NCBI GenBank assembly: GCA_013265495.1
Contig: MU058103.1
Coordinates: 1 to 64,000, forward strand
Source of the DNA: Vicugna vicugna
Taxonomy: Eukaryota
Direction: 5' to 3'
Length of the DNA: 64,000 nt
A model generated the notes under the pieces. That model ran no database searches, had not been told where the DNA came from, and saw only the letters and a program-made list of their open reading frames with translations. The position numbers were made by a program, and so were the translations under genes. Below are positions 26,011 to 39,720 of this stretch, in pieces (the stretch's first letter is position 1; each line of letters begins with the position of its first letter).

Positions 26011-27590
26011 AGGGTGGTCTGCTTTTACTCAGAAGGATCTCGAGGTAAACAGTTTCTACTAGAGCCTTATCCAACCTGAGAGACTGCCATGTTTTGGTCT
26101 CCTAACTGCTCTAGTCTTCCTGTCTCATCTAAGGAGAAGTAGAAGCTCAGATACACTTGTTAACATTACAGCCCAGATACTAAGGCCCTCTATAAAACTG
26201 AGATGCAATCCTAAGATTATAGCGCACTATACCTCTCTCAGGCCTTACTGCCACCAGTTGTGCTCCAGTAATTGTTGGATGCTGCAAGGTGCAGACCCTG
26301 CTTAAGGACAACAAGCGATCTTAAAGACAACAGGTGGGAAAATTAAACAGCAACAACAAAAGACAAGGATTCTAGAGGAATGTGAAGCCTCTAGAATCTA
26401 CAGTAACAGCAACAACTAAACACAGCCCAGCACTAGCTGGATAAACATAAAGCATCACAGTAAATGTCTCTTTACGCCAAATTTTATTACTTGAAATAAC
26501 ATCTTCAACTTCCAACAATAACATTCAACATAACGTTATTCAACAATAACATTGAAACATTAAAAAAAACAGTCTGAAAGGGTAAAAAAATCATTAAATC
26601 TGACTAAGATATGATGAAGATTTTGGGATTATCAGGCAAGGAATTTACAACTATGATTAGTACGTTAAGGACTCTAATAGAAAAGGTAAACAACATGCCT
26701 ACCAAAAGAATTCCCCGTGGCCAAAGCTGGGACAATTTAAGCAATAAAATTAATAATGTATGAGTTATATTACAAAGTATAAAATGAATACCAATAATAA
26801 AATTGGTTTAGTAAATAACTGAATAAATACATAAATGGGGAAGAAGAGACAAATCTGCCAGATAGAGAGTTCCAGATAATGTATGTGTGTGCTTTCCTCT
26901 CAAGGGGGTGGAGCATAATTCCCACTTCATAAGCTGCAAATAGTGACCTTCTTCCAAGGAGTACTGCATTGATAGGGGAAAGAGTAACCATGCAGTGCAG
27001 AAACTCAAAATCACTATCTCAACCAGTCTCTCAAAGTCAGCATCAGTAATGATAAGTCCTATTATTATTACCATTACCATATTAGTTCATATCATATCAT
27101 ATCATATCATATCATATCATTCAATAAAGCTGTAGCATATGCCTCTGACATGATGTTTTGAGAATGGCCTTTACCTCTGTGGTCTTCTTCACAAAAACTC
27201 AGTCTGATCATGAGAAGAATGTCAGAAAATTCTCCTTGAAGGCCACTGTACAAAATACCTGGCCAGTAATCTTCAAAACTGTCAAGATCATCAAAAAAGG
27301 GAAGTCTGAGAAACTGTCACAGAGAGCCAAAAAGACATGGCAACTAAATTTAACATGGTGTGAAACAGAAAAGGACATTAGGTACAAACTACATAAATGT
27401 AAATGAAGTATGAACGTTAGTTAATAATAATGTATTGATATTGTTTATTTAGTTGTGACAAATGTACTATACTAATATAATATATTAGCAATTGGGGAAA
27501 CTAGGTGTGAGTATGTGGGAATTCTTTTCTTATTGGTAATCATTTTGTAAATCTAAAACTATTCTAAAATTTAAAAGTTTATTTTAAAAA
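26010..27590 (+). mobile_element. L1MC/L1MD-like element: 5' UTR/ORF1 start joined to 3' UTR
   Basis: aactaaacacagccca; ORF1-like aactatgattagtacgttaagg; then 3' UTR ggccaaagctgggacaattt...gtaaatctaaaactattctaaaat. Contains (ATATC)n at about 27088-27120. Confidence 0.8.
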
Positions 27591-27729
27591 GTCAACCTGC
27601 TTAAAGATTATCATACTCTGAAATATTCTATAGTTCATTCATAGGGTTGTTGAGAACACTTTGAGACTTTTCTGATTAAATAATGTGTAAAGAAATTATT
27701 CTTGCTTCTGAAAAATAAGAGAAAAACAA

Positions 27730-28315
27730 GATTAAAAAAAAGTTGATGTCCCTATGAAGCCAACATTTTATTTGGTGAAGGGTGGTGAGGAGAGGGGGTC
27801 AATAAAGAAACCCATAAAAAACAGTAACATACACTTAAGTAAAAATATCATGTAAATGCAAAAATTATGTTGAAATTAAAAGTCAGTAAGATGATAGACT
27901 GTGACCTAGTGTCTTTCTTGAAGTGATCATGGAAGGTCTCCCTGAGACACAATTAACTGACATCTGAACTGTTTTTTTTAAAAAAGCCAGTCATGAAAAT
28001 TACAGTGAGGAGTAATTTCAGGTGGTGGGAACAGATACTGCATGGATTCTAGGGTGGGAATGAGCTTGTGATGTCTGAAAAAGAGTAAAAACGGCAGTAT
28101 GGGTGGAGAAAGATGGGAAAGACAGAGAAGGGAGGGAAGGAAGAGGAGAGAGAGAAAAAGAGGAAGGTGCAGAGTGGAGAGAGGGCGAAGAAGGAAAATA
28201 TGAATGAGCTTAAAGATGTGGGCCAAAGGTAGATCATGCTAAAGTCATGAAAGCAATATTTGCATTTCATTCTTGAGTGAAATGGCTAACTTTTAAAGGA
28301 TTTTAAGCAGGAGTA
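27730..28315 (-). mobile_element. L2 fragment
   Basis: Purine-rich; ggaaggtctccctgag, tgcatttcattcttgagtgaaatgg...ggattttaagcagga. Confidence 0.75.
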
Positions 28316-31300
28316 TTAAGTAGCTCCAAACTTAGACATTTTGGACTCTTGTGCCCTTTTATGCTTAAAATTCATTATGTCTCATCTTCTCTTGACCATT
28401 GCCAATGCTTGTTAGGCTTTTTGTGTTTTCTTTACCACTTTTGAAAGTAATGAAATAGCAAGGCTGGTTAGAATTACATATATAACAAGAGTAAATCGGA
28501 TTTAAAGGCACTCTTAAGTTCATGAGGTTTAATGAATTCATTAGGACATCAATTTGGCCACTCATACATCTGTTTTTAATTTTCTTTCTGTGTGGTCCTT
28601 TTGGTGATTTTTCAATAACAATTAAGTTTCACATAGTGGGGTACCCCATATCAAAGTCAAGTAGTAGCATTTTTAAATGGCTTCTTCAATTTGAAGAATA
28701 CGTATCATTATTTTCCCAAAGGCTTATACCTATTACCCAGTGTTTTTCTTATTTTACTCGCAAGACCAGTGGAAACTGGTTTCAGTCAAAAAAAAGTCAA
28801 AGACCTTCAGTAAGATGTAAGTTACCAAAAATAGCAAAAATACACTGCTTAGGAGTCACTGGCTGAATATCTTCAAGAATCAAATTTGATGTGGAACATC
28901 AAAGCTCAAAAGAAAAATGTGTACTGAGATTTAGTTGAAAGAAACACAGCAAGGCAGAAATTAAAAATCAGGAAAACTAGAAAAGGGTCATAAATTAGAT
29001 TCTGTGTTAAATAGGTAGTGATTTTTGTTGTAACCTGTGGATAATGTATTGCTCTAAATAGCATATGTTTATGTGATACCTGGTGCTTGTCAGTACCATG
29101 GCAAGACTAGTTTGATGCCCCTTAATCTGGTAACCTTCTTGGGCTACTGAGAAACAGTTCCCGAGAGCTTTAATTATGCCTTAAACAACTGAACCTCACT
29201 TCACACTAGTGAATCTTGTTTAAATGTAGCCTCAGGATACAGGCAACGCTAGAGAGGCATAGTGTTTTCTTTGCATCCTTCATTTCCTTCTAGTTTTAAG
29301 TTTCTGGTAAATTGAATACGGTAGTGTCTTTTATAGGACTACCTTATTTTAATTTTGTCCAGAAAATCATCATCATATAAATCTCTTCTGAAGGGTTAAG
29401 CAACCATCTCCTGTGTCTTGTAAGTCTTTGTAACTATATATTTTTAATGTTTTTTTTTTAATTTTTGACATCTACATTCTTTAAATCCTTAGGAAGGAAA
29501 AACATATAGTTTGTTATTCTTTGAAAAGGATATGCATTCCTCCGAATACTTTACTATCTCTCTAAGGCTCAGAACACTCGTTAAAAATGCTAATACTCAT
29601 CAAGAGATTCATAACTGTATTATTCTATTTGGGTCAGTATATGACTGCCTGTATAATATTGCTAATGATAATCTACTATTCTCTGGAGAATTGCGCTTGA
29701 AATCACAGACTACTTGACTGGTAGAGTCTAGCCCAGGTTATCTAACCTTTTCTTGAATCCCTCTAGTAGTAAAATACATATACATATTACTTCCCTAGGT
29801 GACTTATGCTTCCTTTGTGTAGAACTTCTTGTAACAAATAGTAGTTTCCACATTTTCTTCTGATAGCTTATTAGAGTCTTATCCACATAGATCAGTATTA
29901 GTGTTGCCATGTTGAGTGTCATTCTGATCATTTTTTCCCCAGGCTAATATTTTCTTTAAATAATTCCTTATATGATTTGGTAGAAAGTTTTCCTATGAGT
30001 GAAAATAAATTACTTGTGGAGACAGTTGGTAAATTTAAGGTACACACCTGTAATATCTTGACAAAGTGGAATTTATGGACAGAATTTTACACATAAAATC
30101 ATTATTAATGGTCTTTTTAGTGTAGTCTGATTTCTCTTGCTTTATCACTTATATCAAGGTATTTTCTACTAATCTTTCTTTTGGTCCACCTATATCTAGG
30201 ATTAGTTCATCGTATTTGGGGCTGAATTTTTGGAATAATTTCTGTTAAGCAATTTCCTAAAACAATTTAGAGTGCACCATCATCTTTTAGCAGATTCGAT
30301 CTCATTATATGTTTAAGCTGAGCATCAGATATCTTTAATGAGTGGCATGGAAAGGTTGCAGTCTGGCTCGGTAACTGCCTCTGTGCTTTAGTAGCATAAA
30401 TTATAGTGAAATGTAGAGCAAAGGAATCCAGGAGTCAGCACTGACCAGAATTCTATTACAAAAAGAGTAACCTTCAGTCAATTCCTCTGAATTATAAGCA
30501 CAAAATACTCAGTATCTCATTTTATGACCTTCAGCAAGACTTTGAAAATAAATTTCAATTGATTTGGGAAATTCATTTTAAGGAATATAAAGAGTCTTCT
30601 GTATCACAGCTGGATGTTCCAAAATACGATTATGTCTGTGTTCAGATAAAAATATTTGGAAATGAATTTGATCTCTACCAGCTGCTGAAGAGATCCTTTA
30701 TGAGGATTAGCATTTATTAACCTTGTACTATATGCTAGACACTATGTTCATTATGGTAAATATTATCAAACACACACATTCAAATACGCATGTATTTGTA
30801 GGTATTTACTTTTTTCTATTAGTTCTCAAAACAGTTTCACAGAGGAGACTTGGACCCTAATATACAGTTATTTGCCCAAGGTAAAGTAGTAGTTGGCAAA
30901 TTTTAATTTAATAAAAGAAATGGCATTTTGAGAAAACAGATATTTCAAGGGGTGTACAAAGATCTTGTCTTTTATCAAAGAAGTTTTCATTTCACAAGCA
31001 AGAAACATTTAATTTTTAAAGAAAAACCTGCACTAAAATGGATCCAGTTTTTATTTTTTATTAAGTACTCATTATAAAATCAAATGTTCATTCTAGTTGT
31101 AGTGTGAAAAATGTCTAACTTTGCCCTTTCCACATTTTTCCATGTACTAGTGTTTACATGGGTGCTCTGATTTGTGTCACAATTGCCACAACTAGGTGTT
31201 CATTCTATTATATGGTGACCTTGCTTAGTGGGAGGCAGAGAGGATGTCACTGATCTAGGTAGGGTGAGATTTTGTGCTCCATCATTAGCCATACTCTTGG

Positions 31301-32099
31301 ATGATATGCCTTAACACCATACAGCTAGAAGTGACACAAGTTGTCAACTAGAATGAGGCCAGCAGCTTGCAAAAAACCTGAAGCCAAAGAAGATTAGTTT
31401 TGCCTTATATTTACAAAATTATAAATTATTAGACAAAAGGGAAATATAAAAATTCATTTCTAATTTTTTCAAATAGTTAAGAATTTGAAAATAGGTAGTT
31501 ACAAAACATTTTTTTGCAGTTGAGTTTTAAAATGTTTTCATTTCATTTTTATTTTGGGGCTTGGACTTTGGTGCCTAAAGATCGTATTTATCTATCTGAC
31601 TGCATTTTGATTAATAACCTGCATTTTTCAGTTCACTTTTTTCCTTTTTTCAAAATGTAAATAATGATTCTAGGTAAGTGTTCTCTTTCAGAACCCATAT
31701 GGTATAATTTTCTAGATAATCAATGAAAGATATCACAGTATTCCTGTGTAAGGTGGTTCTAATAATTTGATGTGAATAGGCACATACTTCATGCCTTTAG
31801 AAGGACCCTGTAATTTTAAACTGGAAGTTATGAACACAGTCTGTCAAACACTAGATAAAGTATAAAGACAAGAGCATTAATATACTTAATCTTTGCAATT
31901 CTCTTTGAAGTCATTCTTAAAAATTTAAAGAAGTGTTCAAGTCTCAGAAGCAAGGGGCACAGATATTGTTGAAAGGCAACTCAGTAGGAAATGCTGTTCT
32001 TTATATAATTTATTTTATTCAGATTTTCTTTCTACAATGTATCATTACACAGTCACTTGTACACTTTATGTTACTTCGATCTCTGAACTGGGAGAAGAG

Positions 32100-32880
32100 G
32101 GACCAAACATCTAGTTCATAACAAATCCTGATTCCTCCCTTTAACTCTGAATTTGTAGATCCATCTGCTTTAAATCTGTTCAAAACTGAGTTTTTGATAT
32201 TTTCTCCAAAACCAGATGTTCCTATAGTCTTTCTCAGTTTAGTTAAAGACAATGCCATACTTCCTACTGACCAAGTTAAAAATTGTGATATTGTCTTACT
32301 TTTTCTTTTTCTTTCTCTTTCTCTTATATCATTTCTGCCAGAATATCTCCAGAATTTGAGCACTTCGTGCCATGCTTACCACCACTACTCTGGACCATTG
32401 AGTTATTACGCTTATTGCCATAGCTTCCTAACTGGTCTTCCTGCCTCTGACTGTGCAGCCAGAGTGTTAATAGAATATTCTTCTCCCAGATAGATTCCTT
32501 TTTTTTTTTTCCCTCAGATCTTAGCACAAAAATCACTTTCCCCTTGGAGCTTTCCCTGGGCACCCTAACTTAATTTTTGACAAATGATAGTATCTCCTTC
32601 CCAATCTTTACTTTTTCTTGTATTATATGTGCATAGGTAAAGCTGTAGATTTCATATAGGTATAGATAGACATACATATTTCTCCAAATCACATGTGTTA
32701 TATATAACACATTTAACTTAGTGATTCTGTTTCTCATCCTCTATAGCATAACTTCCATCATGGTAAAATTTTTGTTTATTATTGTATCTGAGGCACCTGA
32801 AATAGCATCTGACACAAAGTAAGCACTCAATAAATATTTGTTGACTAGATGAATGAATGAATGAATCAGTAAATGGATGA
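32100..32880 (+). mobile_element. L2a-like 3' region
   Basis: aactggtcttcctgcctct...gcagccagagt; ends gcactcaataaatatttgttga...(tgaa)n. Confidence 0.85.
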
Positions 32881-33195
32881 ATTACACAAACTTATTTTGG
32901 ATATTGTGGAGAGATGGATTTTAAGAGGCAAGAGAGTTATCAGTTAAATATTTTATAATACTCCAAGAATGAGATAAGAATAGCTTGGTCTTGGGTATTA
33001 ATAGTGGTAATGGTGAGAGGGTGAAAATTTTGTATCATTTGTATAGCTTAGTTGGAGTATGAAGACTGAATCGTCAGTGACAAGAATAAAAGCAAATAGT
33101 GTTGTGTATAATCTACAAATTCTAGTAGATTATCAGTCAGTTAAAGGAGATAAAGAAATTCCCTCTTGATTACTTCTGTTTTTTTCAATTAATTA

Positions 33196-33252
33196 TGTTG
33201 TTCACCTGAAACTAATGCAATATTATAAATCAGCTGTACTTCAATAAAAATA
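33196..33252 (+). mobile_element. 57-bp extreme 5'-truncated L1 3' end with a 9-bp TSD
   Basis: tgttgttcacctgaaactaatgcaatattataaatcagctgtacttcaataaaaa, flanked by AATTAATTA at 33187-33195 and 33253-33261. Confidence 0.75.
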
Positions 33253-33337
33253 AATTAATTAAAGTATGAAGCAAAATTTTCGGGTGATTGGAGAAGGTAT
33301 ACCCGAGAATAAAGGAGGAATTTAAAAAGTCTATTTA

Positions 33338-33856
33338 TGTGATATATTTAGACAATGGAATATTACTCAGCCAAAAAAAAGAATAAAATAATGCCATTTG
33401 CTGCAACATGGCTGGACCTGGAGATAAGCATTCTAAGTGAAGTACGCCAGAAAGAGAAAGAAAAATACCATATGATATCCCTCATATATGGAATCTAATA
33501 AAAAGACAAATGAACTTATTTACAAAACAGAAACAGACTCACATTCATAGAGAACAAACTTATGGTTACCGGGGGGAAGGGGGGTGAGAAGGGATAAACT
33601 GGGAGTTCGAGGTTTGCAGATACTAACTACTATATGTAAGATAGGTAAACAATGAGCTTCCTCTGTATAGCACAGAGAACTGTATTCAGTATCTTGTAGT
33701 AACCTATAATGAAAAAGAATATGAAAACAAATACATAATGTGTATATATGACTGAAACATTACGGTATACACCAGAAATTGACACATTATAAACAGACTA
33801 TACCACAGTAAAAAAAAAAATTCAATATGAAATGTAATATCTGCAAAAGCTCAATT
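33338..33856 (+). mobile_element. Relatively young 5'-truncated artiodactyl-type L1 3' end with TSD
   Basis: caatggaatattactcagcc...ctgtatagcacagagaact...; A11 at 33810-33820. TSD aaaaagtctattta (33324-33337) / aaaaaatctattta (33857-33870) at a TT/AAAA endonuclease site. Confidence 0.92.
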
Positions 33857-34719
33857 AAAAAATCTATTTAGTAAGTGAAAAATGCTAAATGCTAGGTGAG
33901 TGGAGTAGAATCACTGGTTAGTATAGAGCACCTGAAAACCCTGAAAATTATTATTTCCTATATCAAATGATAACTCTTCAATCCATAAGCAACAGAGCCA
34001 GTCTACTTGGATAGTCTTTTATACTTCTTGACTACTACTTCTTTCTTTCTTCTTTTCTTTCTTTTGCTCATTTGAGAAGATGGGTGATTTATTAGGAAAC
34101 AATGCATGATTTTAGAGATGTATTTCATATATTTTCCTTTAGTTTCATTGCCAATATGTTTTACTAAATAGCCAAAAATCACATGGATGATAAAATTTTA
34201 AAAATGGGGAATGAAGGCTCAAAATCCTTAGCACTGCATTATTTTAAAGATTGTAAGAACAAGCACCTCAGAAATTAGCAGATGTATTTATCCAGTAACA
34301 GTTCTGCCAAAAAGAATCATGAATCCAGTTTTATTTAGGGATACAAATGAATGCTGTTCAGCACAAAGTCAACTCCTCTTCACTAACTTGACTGAACCTT
34401 GTTTCTATATTCCTGTGTTTTTCACTTCATTTAAACATTTGCATGTACTTATTAAATGCTTCTTTCTTCTCTGCATTAAACTGAACATCTCAGTTCTTAT
34501 CTTGAAGAAATTACTGTCTTTCTGGGGAAAAGAAAAACATGGAACTTGAAAATAGAAGACTGTGTATAATGAAACAAGGTCAAGCATTAACTAAGGTCAC
34601 TGAGATTGGAGAAGGGAGAAATCAGAAAATATATGGGACTTAGTTCCACTGAGTCTGCATGAGAATAATATGAGAAAGAAGATTTCATTTAAGTAATGTT
34701 ATAATGGCTGGTGAAGGAA

Positions 34720-34930
34720 GGCATTACTAGGGACTGGTTAGTCCATTGATCAATGCCTTCATTACCTACAAGCTTGATCATATTAGTTAAATCTCTCTTT
34801 TCCACATTTTCCTCATCTATATGTTGATCTAAATAATAACAAAACCTATGTCACAGAATTTCTCAGAAACTTAATTAGATAAGTGATGGAAATGTCTTTT
34901 GTAGCATATGGCATGTAATTCACTGTTAAT
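34720..34930 (+). mobile_element. MIR fragment
   Basis: agttaaatctctcttttccacattttcctcatctata. Confidence 0.6.
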
Positions 34931-36221
34931 TTAATGTATTTTTCTCTTAAATTAATAGATAAGTCCAGAAAAAAATCAAGATATAGAGACTTTTTTCTAA
35001 ATATCAGAGACCTATCATTATTTGCTCCTTTAGTTTTTAATCTTGTATCAACATGACTTATTCTGGCCTCCCCTTTTTCCAGGGCTGACAGGCTAGGACA
35101 CATTTCTTGTTCTCAAGAAAAGATAAGGCATCTATTGACAAAGCTTAGGCCACTAGGGGTCAGGGTAAAGAAACTTCTACCAGAGTTATACAAAATATTC
35201 CAGATGGACTGATAGAGACATGGTTGTTATTGTTTTTCAAAATCTCTAGGTAGTAGCAGAAAAAATGCCAGCCAAAAAAAATCAATATAAAATTATTTCT
35301 CTCCAATTATAGAAAGTGAGAAAATACTGAAATGTCAGAAGTCTTTCAGCCAAGAGAGAATTTGCCAAATGAGCACTTTTTGAATCTTTTTGTTTTCCCT
35401 GTGAAATATTTTGCACATCTTCAGTAAAGACATTTGATTGGGAAGTGAGGCAGAGCTACAGGATAGAATCAGGTTGGTTCTGCATTGCTGAAAGATAGTA
35501 TCTGATCAGACTACTAAAAGTTGTTCATCTTTTACTTTGCATCCTGCTGCTATCCTTTCATGTGAAATCAATTAATCTGTTTTTGGAGAATAAAGGGGAA
35601 ATTTAGAATACTGCTTGTGCCTGTATTCTGTTCTCAGTAAATTTTTACCTTAGTTGCTTAAACAGCATGCCATGAAACAGCCTGACTTTGAGTAGCATCA
35701 CCAAAAAACAATCTGTAACTTTTTTTTTTATAAACATTTAACTGTTTGACAACAGAAGCAGAGGTCCATAAAAATACAGACTACTATAAGTATTTATTAT
35801 ACGCTGACATGGGTATTTTTGTATGCATTTTTTCCAATTTAACAGTCTCCCAAATATAGACTGCATTATTAACAATACTCCAAAACTGCATATGAAAAAC
35901 TGTCTCAAATAGTTTAAGTAAATTGTTCAATGTTACAGAGCTAATAAATGGAAGAATTGAGATTTGAAACCACTATTTTATTGTCATTTCAACTTCCTAT
36001 TCTTTCCAGTAGGCTATGCTATCTCATAGTATATCATATAGTATAGTATAATATATCATAGTATAATTCTTAGCTTGTATTCATTGCAAAATTATCATAG
36101 TTACAGCATTGCTCTATTTGCAGTGGGGGTGGGGCATCAAAGAATATGAGCTTGCTCAGCCTTCACAAATATTTTGAAATGCACAAGAGAACACACGCAC
36201 ACCCCTAGACACCCCAAAATA

Positions 36222-36222
<1 letters not shown>

Positions 36223-36278
<56 letters not shown>
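36223..36278. repeat. Compound (TA)n(TG)n(TA)n microsatellite
   Basis: Uninterrupted alternating purine-pyrimidine tract. Confidence 0.95.
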
Positions 36279-36357
36279 ATGTGTAAATAAATAACCAAAA
36301 AAAATGTTCCATAATGAAATATATGTCTTATATTGGATCAGGACAAATTTAAGTAGA

Positions 36358-37180
36358 TGTGACATAAGAAATGCATTTATTTGGTCTCTACCCCAGACCT
36401 GACATAGAGTTCCTAAGATTCCTATAATTTCTTGAGTGATGGGGGTGATAGGAGCTTCTTACATACGCGTCCTAAAATCCCTTGTAATTTCCTGGTTTAT
36501 GGGAGCAGCTTTTGTTCTAATGAGCTGATTCTTGGTGAGCTCCTGAATAGCCTCAGGATGGGGACTGGTCACTAGAAAGATTAAGCCACAATTGGAAGCT
36601 TGGAATTTTTAGACCCATCCTCCCTCTCCTTTGGAAATTGAGTTAATCAATCATGCCTACATGATGAAGCCTTCATAAAAATCCCTATACTATAGGGTTC
36701 AGAGAACTTCCATTGGTGAAAGCTGGCACACTCTTACTCCATGGGGACAGAAGTTCCTGCACTCAGGACTCTTCTTTACCTCATCCTAGGTATCCTTTCA
36801 TCTGACTATTTAACTGTATTCTTTAAATAGTTTATAAGAAACCAGAAAACATAAGTGAGTCTCCTATTCCTAAGTTTTTTCCGCCATGATAGCAAATTCT
36901 TGAACCAGAGGAGTGGTTTGTGGGAACCCCCTGATTTACAGCCAAGTCAGACAGAAGTGTGGGTACCCTGGGGACCCACTATTTGCCATTGACATTTGGG
37001 GTGGGGGACAGTTTTGTAGAATTGAGCCCTTAACCTGTGGAGTCTGTGCTAGATCCAAATAGTTAATGGCAAAATTAAATTAAATATAGAACACCCAGTT
37101 GGTGTCCACCAAAAAATAGATGATGTGGAAAATTCATACATTTGGTCTCAGAAGTTTTGTAAGTAGAAAAAGTTTTCTTT
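36358..37180 (+). mobile_element. MER21-like solo LTR
   Basis: Starts tgtga; aatcaatcatgcctacatgatgaagcc, ctccatggggacagaag, tgagcccttaacctgtgg, acacccagttggtgtcc, catttggtctcagaagt. Confidence 0.85.
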
Positions 37181-37349
37181 TAGTAGGAGTCTGTTTAATG
37201 TGTAACTTGAAAAATGGGCCATTTTTCAATAAAATAGAGTACAGAAACTTATGTACACAGGTTCAGACATGGGAAAAACCCTAGATATTTAGGTGATGAC
37301 AAATTAAATGAGTGTTTATTTATAATATAGAAGAATTGAGATAGATATA

Positions 37350-39720
37350 TAGGAAAAGATGAGTTCTGAAAGGTAAATGTTATAGAAAAAAGTCAGGATA
37401 AAGGGTTTCAGTTAAATTCTTAAAAGTATAAAACGGGCTAACATAGAAATTTTAGAATTTAAAAATAAAATATAAATTAAGAAAATGAATAGATTTGACA
37501 GTAGGTTAGAAAAGACTAGGTAACAAATTACAGAACTGGAACACAGGTCAGCAGAAAATTTCTAAATTAAAACATTGAGTAATCTAAGTTCCTTGCAGTT
37601 TCTAGAAAATGGAAATATTAATAATTTATATCAGAATTAAATGTCAAGGAACATATGATAACTCTAGAATAATGGCTAAAATAATATTTAATGTAACCAG
37701 CTAGTATAGAGAGAAAATATTAAATATATTTAATAAAACCAAAATAAGAAAAAAAAGACTGTGAAATAGATGAAGCAAATATAAAACAAATGATGATTTA
37801 GTACATCCAAATATATCACATATTATATTAAATATAAATAAAAAATGTTCTAATTAAAAGATAAGATTCTAAGACTAAATTTTAGAAAACAAGCAAACTA
37901 TGCATCATACAAATGACATGATTTTAATATGACTAGAGAAAGAGTGGATTAAAAATTGAGAAAATAAATTATGCAAATATATATAAAGAAATTAGCAAAA
38001 ATTGCTTAATTCTTAATAGTAATGTCATAAAAAACTTTAAAGCAAAACCTTTACTGGAAATAAGTAAGGACTTTCACAATGACAGATTCTCTTAAAAAGA
38101 AAGATACAAAAATATAACTAAGAATTAAATACATAGATATAAAATATTGAAAGCAAAATAATATAAAAGAACATAACAGAACATGAAAGCTAAATGGACA
38201 AACCAGTAATCATAGTGGAAGATATTAACACTGCGCTGACATCAATGGATAAAGGAAGCAAACCAAAAATCAGTAAGAATGTGGATTTGAACAGTACAAT
38301 TCACTAACTTGAATTGATTGTCATGTATAGAACCCACATGCAACAAATTGAAATGCACATCCTTTTCTGATGTAAATTAGTTATCCAAATTGGCTCTATG
38401 GTATGACACAAAGAACATTTTAATCAATTAAAAAAAATAAATCAATTAAAATATATTTTCTGACCAAAGTGAAAATAAGCTAGATATCAATAACAGAAGG
38501 ATTACTAGGGAATATCAAATTGTTTGGAAATGAACTTTTAAATAACTCATTGGTTAAAGAAAAATTTACAAAGGGATATTTGAACTTGAGGCAACTAGAA
38601 CTGTGTTTAGAAAGGAATGTATAACTTTAAGAAACATATTAGAGCAGAGAACCAACTCCTTCTAAGCATTCATATCAAATTATACTCAAACAAAAAAAAT
38701 CAAGTTGGAACAAAGTAGGAGAATAAATTAACAAAGATTACAACAAAAGTGAATGAAATAATAAAAGTAAAATAAAGATAATCAGCAAAGCCAAAATTGT
38801 TTGCTTGAAAAGACTAATATATCGGATTATATTCTGGAAAGAATGATCAGGTGAAAAAGAGATTAAATACAGATTGCCAATATCAGAAATAAAAAATGGA
38901 TGACCACAAGAGTTCCTACGGATATTAAATATATAATAAAATACTATTTTGAATAATAATAAAATAACATTTTAAATTTAGATTAAATTAAAAAATTAAG
39001 AAAATCACAACTTACCAACATGAAAAATGATAACTATGATTTGTTGTCAATCTATTAAAGCTAGAGAATCTCTATTTCAGTCTTCCCAAGAGGACCCTCC
39101 AGACTCAAACTGCTTCATCAATGAATTTTACCAAACATTTAAGAAAGAAATAACACTAATACTAAACAAACTACTTCAGAATAGATAGAGGACACATTTT
39201 ATAAAGCTGAAATAAACTTGAAATAAAAGCCTGATGAGACTATTATGAGAAATAAAAATGACAGACTATTGTCTCTCATAAACATAGGTAACAAAATCAT
39301 AGACAGAGTATTATCAAATCACCAAATCCAGCTCTCAGTGTCTCTCTTTCATTCTTCAAGAATGCATTTTGGTTTAATGTCAAAAATAAGTTGAAGTTAT
39401 TTATTAAGGTAACAGAGGAGAAAAAACATAAATTCATTTTAATAGATGCACATAAAATTCAGCATCCATTTGTTATGAAATCTTTAAGCAAAATTGGAGT
39501 GGGAGGTACTGTTTAGTTTATAATGAGACCTCTACAAATAATTTTGTTAAATTTTGAGGAAAAAAATAAGAAATTTTAATATGGGACATCTATCTTAGAT
39601 GCCATTATTGAATTGTGCTCTACACTTATTATATATATATTTTTTTACTTTTATACATGTGTGATACTTTAGTAAAAAGCTTTAAAATTTTAAAAATTTT
39701 AGATCAAAGAAATGAGCCAA
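37350..39720 (+). mobile_element. Old L1 (L1ME/MD-like) ORF1-ORF2 remnant with deletions
   Basis: Strong A-rich bias; tctgaccaaagtgaaaataagctagatatcaataaca, tgaattttaccaaacatttaagaaagaaataacac, aatagatgca...aaaattca. Confidence 0.85.
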
